From contig CAVVKN010000023.1 in NCBI GenBank assembly GCA_963748825.1, forward strand, positions 192,001 through 256,000: a stretch of DNA of 64,000 bases. Reading direction: 5' to 3'. The first letter of the stretch is position 1. Every line of letters starts with the position of its first letter. Below are positions 50,415-63,871 of the stretch, one piece after another. Origin of the DNA: Methanotrichaceae archaeon (GTDB lineage Archaea; Halobacteriota; Methanosarcinia; Methanotrichales; Methanotrichaceae). A model generated the notes under the pieces. It worked only from the letters and a program-made list of their open reading frames with translations. It did no database searches and had not been told where the DNA came from. Position numbers and translations under genes: made by a program.

Positions 50415-52037
50415 TCAGAGCTCTCCCCATTGCAGCTCCAGCCCTACGGCCGGCTGCTCCAGCCCGAAGCTCTTCAAGACCTGTGGATGCAGCTCTCCGA
50501 AGCAGCCAATCTTCCGACCCCCGACCAGGATATCCCCGCCCCTGCCAGGCATAAGCGCTCCGTCCTGGGAAGGAGCGATCTCAGCCTTTATGGCCAGCTC
50601 CCGCAGCACGCCGTCGACCACCGACCGAATCTCCGAGAAATTCGCGCTGCTATGAATGGATGCCGCAGCCAAATGCATGCGGGTCTTCTTCTCCACCACC
50701 ACGTCCCCGGCGGCAAATATCCTCTGGGGCAGAGGATGGTGCTGGTTCATGGCGAAGATCTCCAGAAGGCTGGAGAGAAGCGAGGTGCGCAGGATTGTGT
50801 GCAGCTCGCTGATGGGGTGCAGCACGGCAACCGCGCCGGCGCCCTCAGGCGAGCGCCTCATCCACAGGAAATGCACCTTCTCATTGGTCAGGGTGAAGGG
50901 CATGGTCTCCAAATAACCGAGGCCTGCCATTACCTCGCGAATCTCCGCCTTACGAACCTCAGAAGGATGAGCCCGGCCTACAGTCACCGTCTGGGGAAGC
51001 TTGGCATCCAGCCGGTCAAAACCGTAGGCTTTGGCCGCGTCCTCGAAGATGTCCCAGGAGTGCATTATGTCCGCCCGGTAGGCTGGAACCAACACCCTCA
51101 CCTCGCTGCCATTCGCGATTGCACCAAAGCGCATCCTCTCCAGACACTCCGCCAGCTCCAGGGCCGTCAGATCAAAGCCTATGAGCCGGTTGGCCTCCTC
51201 TGCTCTCACCGTCCAGGCAGAAGGCTGCAGATTAGGAGAGACGAAATCGCCCTCGCTCCTCTTGACCAGAACGCTCTCTATCCTGCCGCCCCTCTCCGCC
51301 AGGGAGGTTACTACTATGTTCAGGGCTTTGTGCACCATGCCGTCCATTCCCGTGACGTCGATGAACAGATCCTCTGTCTCTTCCGTGACGCTGGTCAGCT
51401 CGCCATTGATGATGGGCGGGAAGGAAAGCACCTGATTTTTGGAATCCACGATGAGCGGATAGCGCGGGCAACCTTGCAGGATATGGCCGTAACCCTTGCC
51501 CTTGGGGTGCTTTTGCAGGATCTCCTGCATGCTCATCTCCTCAGCAAAGTCCAGGGGCACGAACTTTCGGGCCGGATCCTCCCCGAAGTAGCGGAAGGGC
51601 GGCGTGACGCGAGATAGGTCATGCACGCCGATGGCCACCTTGCGCCTGTTTCTGCCTAATCCCCAGTGCAGATCCTCTTGCAGGCCCATGAGCGACTCAA
51701 TGGCCTCGCTGGTGAACGATAGGCCCCGCACTACGGCGCAGCCGATGATGGGGCGCACCGATTTTACCGACTCCTCTACCTGCAGGACGATCGGCCCTTC
51801 CTCGATTGGATACTCCACCAGCCCCGTCTTGATGCCGAGGAATCCCTGCATGGCCCTGGCCACGCCCTCAGCACTGTAGAGATCGGGCCGATCCGGGAAG
51901 AACTCCACATCCACGTGCTCCTCCTCCGCCCTCTTTCCAATGTCTGCACCCATCATGGCCAGCCTGCTCATGATGGTATCGCGAGAGGCTCCAATCAGCC
52001 TCTCCATGTCCTCATAATAAAGTCTAACAACCGGCAT
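50415..52037 (-). CDS. pheT: Phenylalanine--tRNA ligase beta subunit
   Basis: PDRPDLYSAEG, LQEDLHWGLGRNR.K.AIGVHDL, SFPPIING, PAYRADIMH..DIFED. Confidence 0.93.
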   Translation of the reverse strand: MPVVRLYYEDMERLIGASRDTIMSRLAMMGADIGKRAEEEHVDVEFFPDRPDLYSAEGVARAMQGFLGIKTGLVEYPIEEGPIVLQVEESVKSVRPIIGCAVVRGLSFTSEAIESLMGLQEDLHWGLGRNRRKVAIGVHDLSRVTPPFRYFGEDPARKFVPLDFAEEMSMQEILQKHPKGKGYGHILQGCPRYPLIVDSKNQVLSFPPIINGELTSVTEETEDLFIDVTGMDGMVHKALNIVVTSLAERGGRIESVLVKRSEGDFVSPNLQPSAWTVRAEEANRLIGFDLTALELAECLERMRFGAIANGSEVRVLVPAYRADIMHSWDIFEDAAKAYGFDRLDAKLPQTVTVGRAHPSEVRKAEIREVMAGLGYLETMPFTLTNEKVHFLWMRRSPEGAGAVAVLHPISELHTILRTSLLSSLLEIFAMNQHHPLPQRIFAAGDVVVEKKTRMHLAAASIHSSANFSEIRSVVDGVLRELAIKAEIAPSQDGALMPGRGGDILVGGRKIGCFGELHPQVLKSFGLEQPAVGLELQWGEL

Positions 52038-52047
52038 GATCAATCCC

Positions 52048-53533
52048 TCAAAGCTTGATGGAAACAGGCGTTTCACGCAGCCACTGCACATCCGACTGAT
52101 AGAGCAGCCGCAGGTCCTTGAGCCCCAGTTTAAGCATGGCCACCCGTGAGACTCCCAGGCCCCAGGCCAGCACGGGATGCTCAATGCCGAAGGGCGCCGT
52201 GACCTCTTTTCGGAAGACTCCGGCACCACCCAGCTCCACCCATCCCAGTCCGTCTATGAAGACCTCCGGCTCGACAGAGGGCTCCGTGTAGGGGAAGTAG
52301 CCCGGCCGGAAGCGGACCTCCTCAAAGCCCATCTTGGCATAAAACTCCTTCAAGATGCCCAGAAGATGAGAGAAAGTCACGTCCCTGTCCATTACGATGC
52401 CTTCCAATTGCTCGAACTCCGGGGTGTGCGTGGCGTCTATGGCCTCACGACGGTAGACGCGATCTATGCCGAAGGCCTTGACCGGCGGCTCGGGGTGGTC
52501 GGCCAGATACTTGATAGTCACTCCCGTGGTGTGCGTGCGCAGCACCTCCTGGCGGGCCACCTCCGGCTTCCAGCATCCGCCCCAGCCTGTGCTCTCGGCT
52601 CCCCGGCCGCATTCATGCATCTCTTTGACGCGGGTAAAGTCGGGAATATCCGCCAGGCTGTCCAGATAGAAGGTGTCCTGCATCTCCCGAGCGGGATGGT
52701 CCTGAGGCTGGAAGAGCGCATCGAAGTTCCAGAAGCTGGACTGCACTATCTGGCCCTTGATCTCCACAAAGCCCATCTCCAGCATGATCTCCCGCATGAA
52801 ATCGATGAGCCTCTGGTAGGGGTGCTTCTTGCCGGGGAAGATCCGATCGGCTGCGAGGGTGACGTCGTAAGGACGGGCGCGATAGTACGAGCCCCTATAA
52901 TCCAAATATAAGACCCCGTCCTTTTCCATCCACTGGCCGGTCTTAATCATATCGGATGTAAGGGGCGGCATCTCCTGAGCCGCGGTCTCGTCCATTCCGC
53001 CAGACGCGCATTTTTCCCCTTCCTCTGTGATCTCATACCGCCACTCTTTGCTCTTGCTGGAAGCTAACCAGCCCCCGTCTCTTAAGATCGGCCAGGCCCT
53101 TTTTGTCCAGATCTGCGCTGCTCTTGGGTCCAGCCAGCAGTTTTTCCAGTATCTCCTCATCCAAGCCCCTCGGGGCAGAGCCCAGCGGCTTGATCTCGCC
53201 TGCCTGAATGGTCGCCCAGCCCTTCTTGCTCAGCCACCCAAGACCAATCTTATGGGCCGGATCCTTCAGCTCGGACATAGGCTTGCCTGAGCCCAGTGAC
53301 ATGAGCAGATTTCTCTCCGGAAGGCCCTCTTGGGCGTACTTTCTGCCTTCTTCTGTCAGTGAGAATGATCTCTTCTACTGATTTGTCACCTTGACGAGGC
53401 CCTGCTCGCCCAAAGCATCCGCTGAGGCTCGCACCGCCTCTACTTTCATCCCCAGCTTTTCGGCAATGCTCTGAGGATCTGAGTCTCCTTCAGATATCGC
53501 TTTCAGAACTTTGACATCATTTTCTGATAACAT
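52048..53533 (-). CDS. pheS: Phenylalanine--tRNA ligase alpha subunit (frameshifts near 53375 and 53055)
   Basis: [40 protein letters not shown]; N-terminal wHTH pieces in adjacent frames. Confidence 0.92.
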
Positions 53534-53780
53534 ATTATCATCCCATAGCCGAGCTGAATTCAGGGCAACGCTATTCTTGCCCTGCCGCCCTCCCATCAAA
53601 AGAAAGAAAAGACCAGGTGCCCGAAGATGCCTGAAGCTAGCCTCTTCGGCTTTAAAAGCCTGATTTGGTGATTGACAAATGAACATTTAGCAGTCTTTCC
53701 AGGCACGTTTTTTTCGGTTAGATTTATGATTTATAAACCTGTCGAATAACAGAAAAATAAAGAGGAAAAAGAGAATGTAG

Positions 53781-54497
53781 TCACTTCTTCCAGGCATCGC
53801 TCTCCAGCTCATCCAGGGCCCCCATGACACCATCCACTGCCATCTGGAAGAACTGCTTCCCTTTCTCCATCGAGGCTGGCTCTGGATTGCCCATGATGCC
53901 GTTTCCCATGAGGTGGCGCACATCCTTCATGATCAGGAACTGCGGTCTTTTCGGAAAGTGCTCTGCCGGCTTTCCCTTGACCAGGTCAGGACGAATGACC
54001 ATCATGAGCGAGGTCTCCATCTCCCCGGCATGCCCATCATGCGCTGTCTCAACGGCCTTGGTATCAATCAGATCGAATAAAGACACCAGGCTCACATGGA
54101 AATCACGCTCTTCCACGGCCATCTGACAGGCCTCCTCTAGAGCCGCCATGTGCTGCCCACCCGCATGGCCCGTCAGAATCATCACCCTGGCAAAGCCGCT
54201 ATCGGCAAATGATATCAGCAAATCCTTGGCGAAGGCACGCAGGGCATCATGCCCCACGGTGATGGTGCCGGGAAAGCCCCGCGTGCTTCGGCAGACTCCG
54301 TAATGCAGGGGCGGGGCCAGGAAGACGTGGCGCTCTTTTGCGACAGCGCGCGCCACCTCCATGGCCTGGATGGTATCCGTCATCGTGGGCAGATGCGGTC
54401 CGTGCTCCTCGGTTGCTCCCACAGGCAGGATCACAGTTTGCGTTTCCTTAAGTCCTGCAACGATCTGCGGCCAACTCATCTCTTCCAGGAGCTTCAT
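53781..54497 (-). CDS. Creatininase / creatinine amidohydrolase family protein
   Basis: LPVGATEEHGPHLP..TD, GHAGG, HAGEMETS. Confidence 0.88.
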   Translation of the reverse strand: MKLLEEMSWPQIVAGLKETQTVILPVGATEEHGPHLPTMTDTIQAMEVARAVAKERHVFLAPPLHYGVCRSTRGFPGTITVGHDALRAFAKDLLISFADSGFARVMILTGHAGGQHMAALEEACQMAVEERDFHVSLVSLFDLIDTKAVETAHDGHAGEMETSLMMVIRPDLVKGKPAEHFPKRPQFLIMKDVRHLMGNGIMGNPEPASMEKGKQFFQMAVDGVMGALDELESDAWKK

Positions 54498-57295
54498 ATG
54501 GTGATAACAGCTCCGGAAAGGACGTACTCCTCTGGCACCTTCAACTCGTAGACTTTGTCACCCACAGACAACTGGTAAGCACTCATGGGCTTGGTATCGA
54601 AATTAGTGCCGCCAACAATGCTACCTTCTGTGGAGTAAGGGAGCACCAGGGTGAACCGGCCGTCTGCATCGCTGGTGTTGGACTGCTGGTAGACGAAAGC
54701 CCGGTTCTGATTGGTCATTACGGGAACTGCAGCTACAACTCTAGTTCCTGCCGGCGCATTTCCGCTTATCACCACGCCCGGCACGTGCTCGAAGACCTTG
54801 ACGAGCTTCTGACCGGCAGTTATAGTATTCTCGGACTCATGCACCAGCCGGTAATGCTGCAGAGCGTCGAGCGGGAAGGCAGAGCTAGCAGGGCTCATGG
54901 CTGCGATCTCGGCATTGTCCCCCTTATTTCGGCTCTCGTTGATGAACGCCTCCAGCTCGGAGCGATTGCGGGTGATCATGGGCGCCTCGGTAAGCACGGG
55001 AACCGTAACTCCATTTCCCGCATCCCTGGCACGATAGGCCAATCCTACACCCATATCTCCGGCAGTCTCGGTTCCGTCGAAGAAGTACATGCGAGCCGCC
55101 ATGGACTTGAAATAAGACTCGCGCCAGATCTGCACCGGCACCCAACTGTCTCCTTGCTGCTGGTAGACCCCAGCCATGTACTTGGAAGTGGGAATGTTGC
55201 TCCAGGCCGCCATGGCATGGAACTTGCCTACCGCCATGGGCTGATCGATCATCACGTACTTGGTGTTCATATATTGCGAACGGTTTAGATCAAGGTCTGC
55301 CAGCACCTTTTCCGCCTGGCTCTCATTCTCAGCTAAGAAGAAGGGTGAGGAACCGGGAACATTCTTGGTGACGCTGCCAATTCCCTGCTGGAAAGGATTG
55401 GCATTGGGAAGCCTATGGCCCACACATTCGATGAGGTGTCCGTAATCCCACCAGGACATAATACCGTAAGCTGTATCCGGATAGGCGTACTTGCCGCCGA
55501 CGGGCTGCACATATTTCTCATAAAGGTCCATACCGGGCTCTGGCGTATTGTTCTGCAGCCATGCCGTTGAGGTCAGCCAATCAGAATCCGGGCCGCCGGC
55601 GCTTTGAGCGTATACTATGCTCCAGCTAAGACTTGGCAAGATGATAAACGAAAATATCAAAATTGCCGCCAGGATGATCTTGAGATTTGAGGTGATCAGC
55701 TTGACCGGATCCTTGGCAACATCCAGGTCCAGATCCGTGATGCCGAACCTCTGAAGTAGCCAAGTTACCAAAAAGCCGGTGAGAATGGCTACGTTTATCG
55801 CGTAATAGTAGGTGAATCTGTTCTGGGCGAGAGCCATGATGAGGATCATCAAAGACCAGGTCAAGATCAATATTTCAGCGGGCTTTTGGAACTTGACATT
55901 TCTGGTGATGAGCAATATCAACGCTATCAGGGCTAATGTGAATGTGGTAAACAGGATAGCAAGGGTCTCGGGCAGGCGGAAGATAGCTGTAGGATCGGGA
56001 CTGTAGCCTATGCCCGGAAACGATGTGATGATACTGGCGAAAGAAAACTGTCCCCCGCTGGAGAACAATGCCGATGCCTCACCAACCGTTGCAGCGCCAC
56101 CTGTCTTCTGCTGAAATATACTTAAACCGGCCAGGAGCGGCCTGGTGAACTGAGGAAGGGCAAAGTAAAGTATGGTCGTGCCTAAGGCCGCCAATCCCGC
56201 CAATGCACCTGGATAGTAGTAGCTCTCGAATCCCTTTTCTCGGATGAACCTGGACAGGACAGAGAAGAAGATGACTGCAACCACGCCCAGGAGAAGTATG
56301 GTGGGCTGGAAGAGACTGTAGAGGTAATGGTTGAAGCCGTAGTATGAATCGACAAATGGGAGAACCAGCAGCGTGGCCACGATAAAAGTTATTGCACCGG
56401 AAAGCCCCAGGTATTCCACGTTCTTTCCCCGGATGTGGTCAAAGATGCTCTGCATCATGATGAAGAGCAGAATTATTCCCTCAAAGAGAAATCCGGATGA
56501 CCAGGCATCGATGTAAAGGCCGAGAGAAACGCCAGCCAGAGCAGAATAGAGGAGCGGCATCTTAAATGCGGACCAGTTCCTCTGCACCGACGCAAAGCTC
56601 ATGCTCTTTCCGGAGTGTAGGGAAAGGAGCAGGAACATCATGGTGAGACTGCTAAACAGTATCTCTGCCGCGTGGTGATCTGTAAAACCCAGGGTGGTGC
56701 GGCTTAAGACCTGGCCGGGAAGCACGGCTATGACCAGTGCCGAGACCAGGCCGCAGCTCTTGCCGTATAGCTCCCTTCCGATGAAGTAGACAGGGAAGAC
56801 CAGGAGTGCGCCAAGGACTGCGGGCAAGAAAGCGCCCACTACCTCAATCAGATGATTGCTGGGCTGGCCCAGGCCGAAGATGTAGGAGAATATGGTAATG
56901 GCCCAGCTCACAAAAGGACCGAAGTGCAGCGGCGTTCCGTGCGGGAAATAAGTCATGGGATCAAACCATAATCTCTGCAGGTTGATCACAGTGCCTTTGG
57001 CCAGCATCATATGATACCAGGCATCGGTCTCGCTGCTGAAGATTACGCTACTGCCCGAGAAGACTCGGTCCCAGGGAACAATGGCGCGCAGATAAAATGA
57101 GAAGAGTGCCGCCACTATCAATCCTGCATATAGATATAAATCGCTACTCTGCCAAATGCCCGCCTTGCGCACCGCATTGGCCTTCTTTCCCAGGGGGACG
57201 GACGAGGCCTCCCGCGGCTTTGCCTCTTTTGGCATCACCGGGGTTTTTTTGCCACTGTCACCCTTATCTACAGATCTCTTAGACATTATGGCCAA
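54494..57295 (-). CDS. aglB: Oligosaccharyltransferase AglB (STT3)
   Basis: Multi-TM; DAWYH, FDPMT.FPHG, DHHAAE, SWWDYGH, NPFQQG. Confidence 0.93.
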   Translation of the reverse strand: MAIMSKRSVDKGDSGKKTPVMPKEAKPREASSVPLGKKANAVRKAGIWQSSDLYLYAGLIVAALFSFYLRAIVPWDRVFSGSSVIFSSETDAWYHMMLAKGTVINLQRLWFDPMTYFPHGTPLHFGPFVSWAITIFSYIFGLGQPSNHLIEVVGAFLPAVLGALLVFPVYFIGRELYGKSCGLVSALVIAVLPGQVLSRTTLGFTDHHAAEILFSSLTMMFLLLSLHSGKSMSFASVQRNWSAFKMPLLYSALAGVSLGLYIDAWSSGFLFEGIILLFIMMQSIFDHIRGKNVEYLGLSGAITFIVATLLVLPFVDSYYGFNHYLYSLFQPTILLLGVVAVIFFSVLSRFIREKGFESYYYPGALAGLAALGTTILYFALPQFTRPLLAGLSIFQQKTGGAATVGEASALFSSGGQFSFASIITSFPGIGYSPDPTAIFRLPETLAILFTTFTLALIALILLITRNVKFQKPAEILILTWSLMILIMALAQNRFTYYYAINVAILTGFLVTWLLQRFGITDLDLDVAKDPVKLITSNLKIILAAILIFSFIILPSLSWSIVYAQSAGGPDSDWLTSTAWLQNNTPEPGMDLYEKYVQPVGGKYAYPDTAYGIMSWWDYGHLIECVGHRLPNANPFQQGIGSVTKNVPGSSPFFLAENESQAEKVLADLDLNRSQYMNTKYVMIDQPMAVGKFHAMAAWSNIPTSKYMAGVYQQQGDSWVPVQIWRESYFKSMAARMYFFDGTETAGDMGVGLAYRARDAGNGVTVPVLTEAPMITRNRSELEAFINESRNKGDNAEIAAMSPASSAFPLDALQHYRLVHESENTITAGQKLVKVFEHVPGVVISGNAPAGTRVVAAVPVMTNQNRAFVYQQSNTSDADGRFTLVLPYSTEGSIVGGTNFDTKPMSAYQLSVGDKVYELKVPEEYVLSGAVITI

Positions 57296-57676
57296 GAAAC
57301 AGTTCTATCCTCATAAACGTTTTGAATCGTGTCAGGCATGCTCGCGATAGACGCACTCCTTTTTCCGGGATATTTTTGCCAGCCGCTCGTTTTTGCATTG
57401 CCGGGAGGGACCCGGCTTTTCCTTCCGAGTACCCCCTTCCGGCATTCTTTCGTGCCTTGTCGCAGCAGCTTTACACCGCAGGATCTTTTCATTCACCTGT
57501 TGACGGCCGCGTCTTTTGTAATATGCAGAACCGTTTCAAGGCAAGCAACGGGGCACGCCTTCACATCCAACCGCGACGGTTTCCTGCTTGCAGAATATAT
57601 ATATTATCTAAACGCGATCCTAGTTGATACCCCTTATAACGCAATGCTTAGGGAGATAAATTGGAGATTGATCATT

Positions 57677-58129
57677 ATGGAAAAGATACAAGACGTAAAG
57701 GGCCTAGGCGGGATGCTGAACGGATTTAGGGATCTGGTGAAAGATGACAAGAAGATCGTCTTCATTGGCTCACCAGGATTTTGCACTCCATTTGCCCTAT
57801 TTCTGGGCTATCCGGTAAGAGAAAAGGATCTGGCCTTTCTGCCCGGCTTAAATATGGATAAAGCACGACGCATCGTAGCCACTGATTATGGAATGGAGCT
57901 GGAGAGTGCGGCAAGTGCGGAAGCGGATGTTGTTGTAATCCTGGGAGGCATGGCCATGCCCAAGATCGGCGTCAAGCCCGGGGAGATGAAGGAATTTCTC
58001 AGCAAAATGAAATACAAGAAGCTCGTAGGCGTATGCTTCATGTCCATCTTTGAGAAGGCGGGATGGTGTCAGGCCCTGCCCTTCGACTTCGTCATGAACG
58101 TGACACTCGAAGGGGAAATATCTCGGTGA
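57677..58129 (+). CDS. DUF2124-like methanogen protein
   Basis: GSPGFCTPFA, GGMAMPK, GVCFMSIF. Confidence 0.75.
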   Translation: MEKIQDVKGLGGMLNGFRDLVKDDKKIVFIGSPGFCTPFALFLGYPVREKDLAFLPGLNMDKARRIVATDYGMELESAASAEADVVVILGGMAMPKIGVKPGEMKEFLSKMKYKKLVGVCFMSIFEKAGWCQALPFDFVMNVTLEGEISR

Positions 58130-58242
58130 CGACTCCACGCCAATGAATTGGCGAGGATTTGCCCCGTTTTAATTCCAACGACAATTATCCGGCCAAGAAT
58201 AAGGCGGATGCTAGAAAACCTTTTTTTAAAAAATTAAGAAAA

Positions 58243-58316
58243 TGGGCCCGACGCGATTTGAACGCGTGACCTCACGGTTATCAGCCGTGCGCTCAACCTG
58301 GCTAAGCTACGGGCCC
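58243..58316 (-). tRNA. tRNA-Ile (GAT)
   Basis: gggcccg acceptor stem; anticodon arm cacgg-ct GAT aa-ccgtg; GTTCAAATC. Confidence 0.95.
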
Positions 58317-58510
58317 GATCCGCACTTTGCATTGATGATCCCATTAATAACTGTTTCCCTTCTAAAGCCCCTAGATTGGCATATAGCCCTGAGCCCAAAT
58401 GGGGGATGCGTACACTTTTTATCAGCAAAAAAGACACCATCCGATTCAGTTCTGCCCACTCTGCTTCAAGGCATAGCGTGGCTCTTCGACAGCCTTAAAT
58501 CAAGGCAAGA

Positions 58511-58912
58511 ATGATTCTAACCATGGTACTTATGGACACTCCCACAAAAGAAAGCACAGAAAATTTGGAAGGACTTTACGACCTGGCGATCCCCCTGAGC
58601 ATGCCTGTATCAGTAATCCGCGAGATAGTGGAGAATTTTGAGCTGGACCTGATCCGCCGTCTGGCCAAGATGGATATGACGGGAGAAGTGATGGACAGAG
58701 AGATCCTGGTGCTGAGAGGAGACATGGAGACTGTCAAGGCCGCCGAGAAGTACATGTTCGAAGCCCTGGACAGAAAATTGGCGGATTGGAACAAGAAAGA
58801 TCGAGAAGAAAAGTACAAGAAGTACTATGAGGAGCAGGCCGCCGCCAGGATGAAGGAGCTTAAGGAAAATCCTGAAGCTGCGAAAAACTGGGACACGACT
58901 GCGACCCAATAG
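58511..58912 (+). CDS. Hypothetical protein
   Basis: 133-aa ORF with genome-typical codon usage. Confidence 0.7.
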   Translation: MILTMVLMDTPTKESTENLEGLYDLAIPLSMPVSVIREIVENFELDLIRRLAKMDMTGEVMDREILVLRGDMETVKAAEKYMFEALDRKLADWNKKDREEKYKKYYEEQAAARMKELKENPEAAKNWDTTATQ

Positions 58913-58925
58913 CTTCTAAACAAAA

Positions 58926-59273
58926 TCAGTCGATCATCACCCATTTGTTCTTTCCTTCCCAAAGTTTCAAGGAAAGCAGCCTGACGGCAGTGCCGTCCAT
59001 ATCGTTTTTCAGCCGATCCGATATCCATTGGGCGATCGTCTCTGCTGTGGGATTTGGCAAAATATCATTCAAGTAGCCGTGGTCTAGATCCTGCAATGCT
59101 CCTGCAATGATTTTCTTTAGCTGATAGAAATCCATGACAAAGCCGTCGTCTCCAACATCGCCCTCCACCACAATCTCCACCTGGTAGGTGTGGCCGTGCA
59201 GATTGGCGCACTTGCCCTGGTAGCCGGGCAGGCTGTGAGCAGCATCAAACTCCGTGACTAATCCGAGCTTCAT
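58926..59273 (-). CDS. queD: 6-carboxy-5,6,7,8-tetrahydropterin synthase
   Basis: FDAAHSL..GKCANLHGHTY, MDF, LDHGYLN, PTAE. Confidence 0.92.
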   Translation of the reverse strand: MKLGLVTEFDAAHSLPGYQGKCANLHGHTYQVEIVVEGDVGDDGFVMDFYQLKKIIAGALQDLDHGYLNDILPNPTAETIAQWISDRLKNDMDGTAVRLLSLKLWEGKNKWVMID

Positions 59274-59506
59274 TCCTGGGCGCGCCCCCTGCGTCGATCA
59301 ATCTCATCTAATTGATCCAGCATCTTTCTTAGAGCTGATCTTATGGCGTCTGAGAGGCTTACGAACTTCTTTGCGTCGCCTACGTGCGCCTGGACATCAT
59401 CTACGATGTGCTGAGGTATTTCCACTGTGACCTTGGGCATAGAATCCTCTGATTTATCTTGCATATCTTTCCGGATATTCCTGTGGTATGGCCAGGAGAA
59501 TATCAT
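59270..59506 (-). CDS. Ribbon-helix-helix (CopG-like) protein
   Basis: MPKVTVEIP..V...KFVSLSDAIRSALR; the true start is probably internal. Confidence 0.8.
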   Translation of the reverse strand: MIFSWPYHRNIRKDMQDKSEDSMPKVTVEIPQHIVDDVQAHVGDAKKFVSLSDAIRSALRKMLDQLDEIDRRRGRAQE

Positions 59507-59557
59507 ATTAATAGCTTATGCGTTCCTGCAATTAAGGCCGCCTTAAAACCCACAATT

Positions 59558-60361
59558 TCATTCTACACAGTTTACGGCATCTTCAGGCGCGCCTGCCAGC
59601 TCCGTTAGGGCCTGAGCCTCCATGAAATGTAGCTTGGCAGGGACAATCAGGATATGCAAGGGTCCGCCAAAGTCATAGCTTTGCAGACGCACTAGAAGAT
59701 CCGCCTTCACCGCAGCATCATCCGAGCCCGCCCGGGCAATGCCTATGCCCACAACTTCATCCAGGACCTTCTCACCTACGTCATCCTGCATCTCCAGGAG
59801 AAGCGCTGCACCTTCGTTTACAGTCATATATCTCTCAACGGAATCGCTCTGGATATCCAGGAAGAGCATGGTATGCAAATTGCGGTCAAGGTTCTCCTTT
59901 AGTACCTGGTAGGGCGTCTGGGCAATGATTCGCTTGCCCCTGGAGATGTAAGGAAAGGGAATGGTAGTGGACCTGCCGAAGCGGTAGTTTTGCAGGCCGC
60001 AAAGCCCCGATACAGCGGTGACGATGGAAGAGGAGTGAATCACCTGCGTCTTTATCCCCATCTTAGCCGCTCGCAGCCGCAGGTCCAGATGAGTGGTGGA
60101 GACCATGGCATCGCCCCCCACCAGGAAGGCCACGTCCTTATCCAGGGCATCCTCCATCCAGGAGGGGTCCACTTCCACCTGCTGGCGGGAGAGAAGGCTG
60201 ATCTTGCGGCCATAGAATGCCTCCAGCTTCTCATGAGTTGCGCCCATCAGCCGGGAGGTGTAAAACTCAGCATAAACCATGTCAGCCGCGCGAACCGCAT
60301 CAAGGCCTTTGACGGAGATATCCCGCTCGTCGTAGAGCCCAAGACCAATGAAGATGAGCAT
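59558..60361 (-). CDS. dph5: Diphthine synthase
   Basis: [51 protein letters not shown]. Confidence 0.93.
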   Translation of the reverse strand: MLIFIGLGLYDERDISVKGLDAVRAADMVYAEFYTSRLMGATHEKLEAFYGRKISLLSRQQVEVDPSWMEDALDKDVAFLVGGDAMVSTTHLDLRLRAAKMGIKTQVIHSSSIVTAVSGLCGLQNYRFGRSTTIPFPYISRGKRIIAQTPYQVLKENLDRNLHTMLFLDIQSDSVERYMTVNEGAALLLEMQDDVGEKVLDEVVGIGIARAGSDDAAVKADLLVRLQSYDFGGPLHILIVPAKLHFMEAQALTELAGAPEDAVNCVE

Positions 60362-60445
60362 AGCAATTTCCTCATTTTTCCAGTTTATAAACGCTACCAC
60401 TTATCTTTCGTCAAGTCTATATTCCATACCACCGCAAATAAGGGC

Positions 60446-61096
60446 ATGATTGGCAGGGCAACTCAGGTGGTGGATTGCAGGGAGAGCATGGGCCTGGCCA
60501 AGGGTGGCGGGCTGGCCCAGAGGGGCACGCTCTCTGAGGCGACAAAGCCGGATGTGATCGCCATAGCCATGTCTCCAGGGCGGCGTCACATTACCAAACC
60601 CGTTTGCGAGATGACCTATGGGCTGCGCCGGGAGGGCATTCAGACCAGCGTGCTGGTTTTGGAGGCAGGAACAGGACTTCCGGAGAGCTTTCCCCAGGCT
60701 TCGCGAGGCTACGGCCCCACCTTCGGGCTGAACGAAAGAGAGCTGCAACAGGTGGCGCGCCATAAGATTGCCGTTCTGCATCTGGGAAACGTGCGCTCGC
60801 ACGTCATCCACAAGGCCAAAGAGATTTTGGCGCAGGTAGATATTCCCGTGGTAGTGGTAGCGCAGTGTCCCATGGATATGGAGGATTTTGCCAAAGAGGG
60901 CATCAAGACGCGCACCGTCAAGCCGGCCCACCAGAAGACGGAAACAAAAGGCGAGGTAGTGGATATCGTCACCGGCATAACCCGCGGTGCCACCTGTACC
61001 AGAGTTAAGCTCAACACGCTGGCCAAGGTTTTAAACAAGCATCTGGCGGAGATCAATGCCCGAGAGGCCGATGCGGCCTTGAAAAAGAAGAAATAG
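60446..61096 (+). CDS. mcrC: Methyl-coenzyme M reductase operon protein C
   Basis: VDCRESMGL.KGGGLAQRGTLSE, MSPGRRHITKPVCE, HLGNV. Confidence 0.9.
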   Translation: MIGRATQVVDCRESMGLAKGGGLAQRGTLSEATKPDVIAIAMSPGRRHITKPVCEMTYGLRREGIQTSVLVLEAGTGLPESFPQASRGYGPTFGLNERELQQVARHKIAVLHLGNVRSHVIHKAKEILAQVDIPVVVVAQCPMDMEDFAKEGIKTRTVKPAHQKTETKGEVVDIVTGITRGATCTRVKLNTLAKVLNKHLAEINAREADAALKKKK

Positions 61097-61257
61097 AGAG
61101 TGGGCTCATCTCGGCATCTTTTGGATATCCTAAAAACTCTGGGCCAAGATCAGAACATTCCGGTTCAGCGGCGGCGATACGCCATCCGCGGGAACCGGTT
61201 GTTAGCTGACCGTTTTTTTTTCGCCGCCCTGTTAGAAGCCCTCGAAGACGTTTTATG

Positions 61258-63685
<2,428 letters not shown>

Positions 63686-63871
63686 ATGCACCCATATATT
63701 CATCGTAAAAAACCGGTAATTATGTGCGGGGGATGAGGTTCCCGCACAAAAATAATCAATTTAACTTTTCTTTAGGTAAATTTAGTTTTTTAACCAACCT
63801 TAAATAATATATCTAAGTATGCTACTTTTGGTGATGAATTTGGGGCTTGCTGATGATGCTGAGTCGAGAAA

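Noticed and set aside
50232-51617. 461-aa plus-strand ORF
   Set aside because: Antisense shadow of pheT that starts inside a repeat; no motifs.
57329-57676. Long N-terminal extension of the DUF2124-like ORF
   Set aside because: Crosses an AT-rich promoter-like region; the RBS (ggag) and similarity begin at 57677.
59990-60445. N-terminal extension of McrC
   Set aside because: Overlaps dph5 on the opposite strand; McrC similarity starts at the ATG at 60446.
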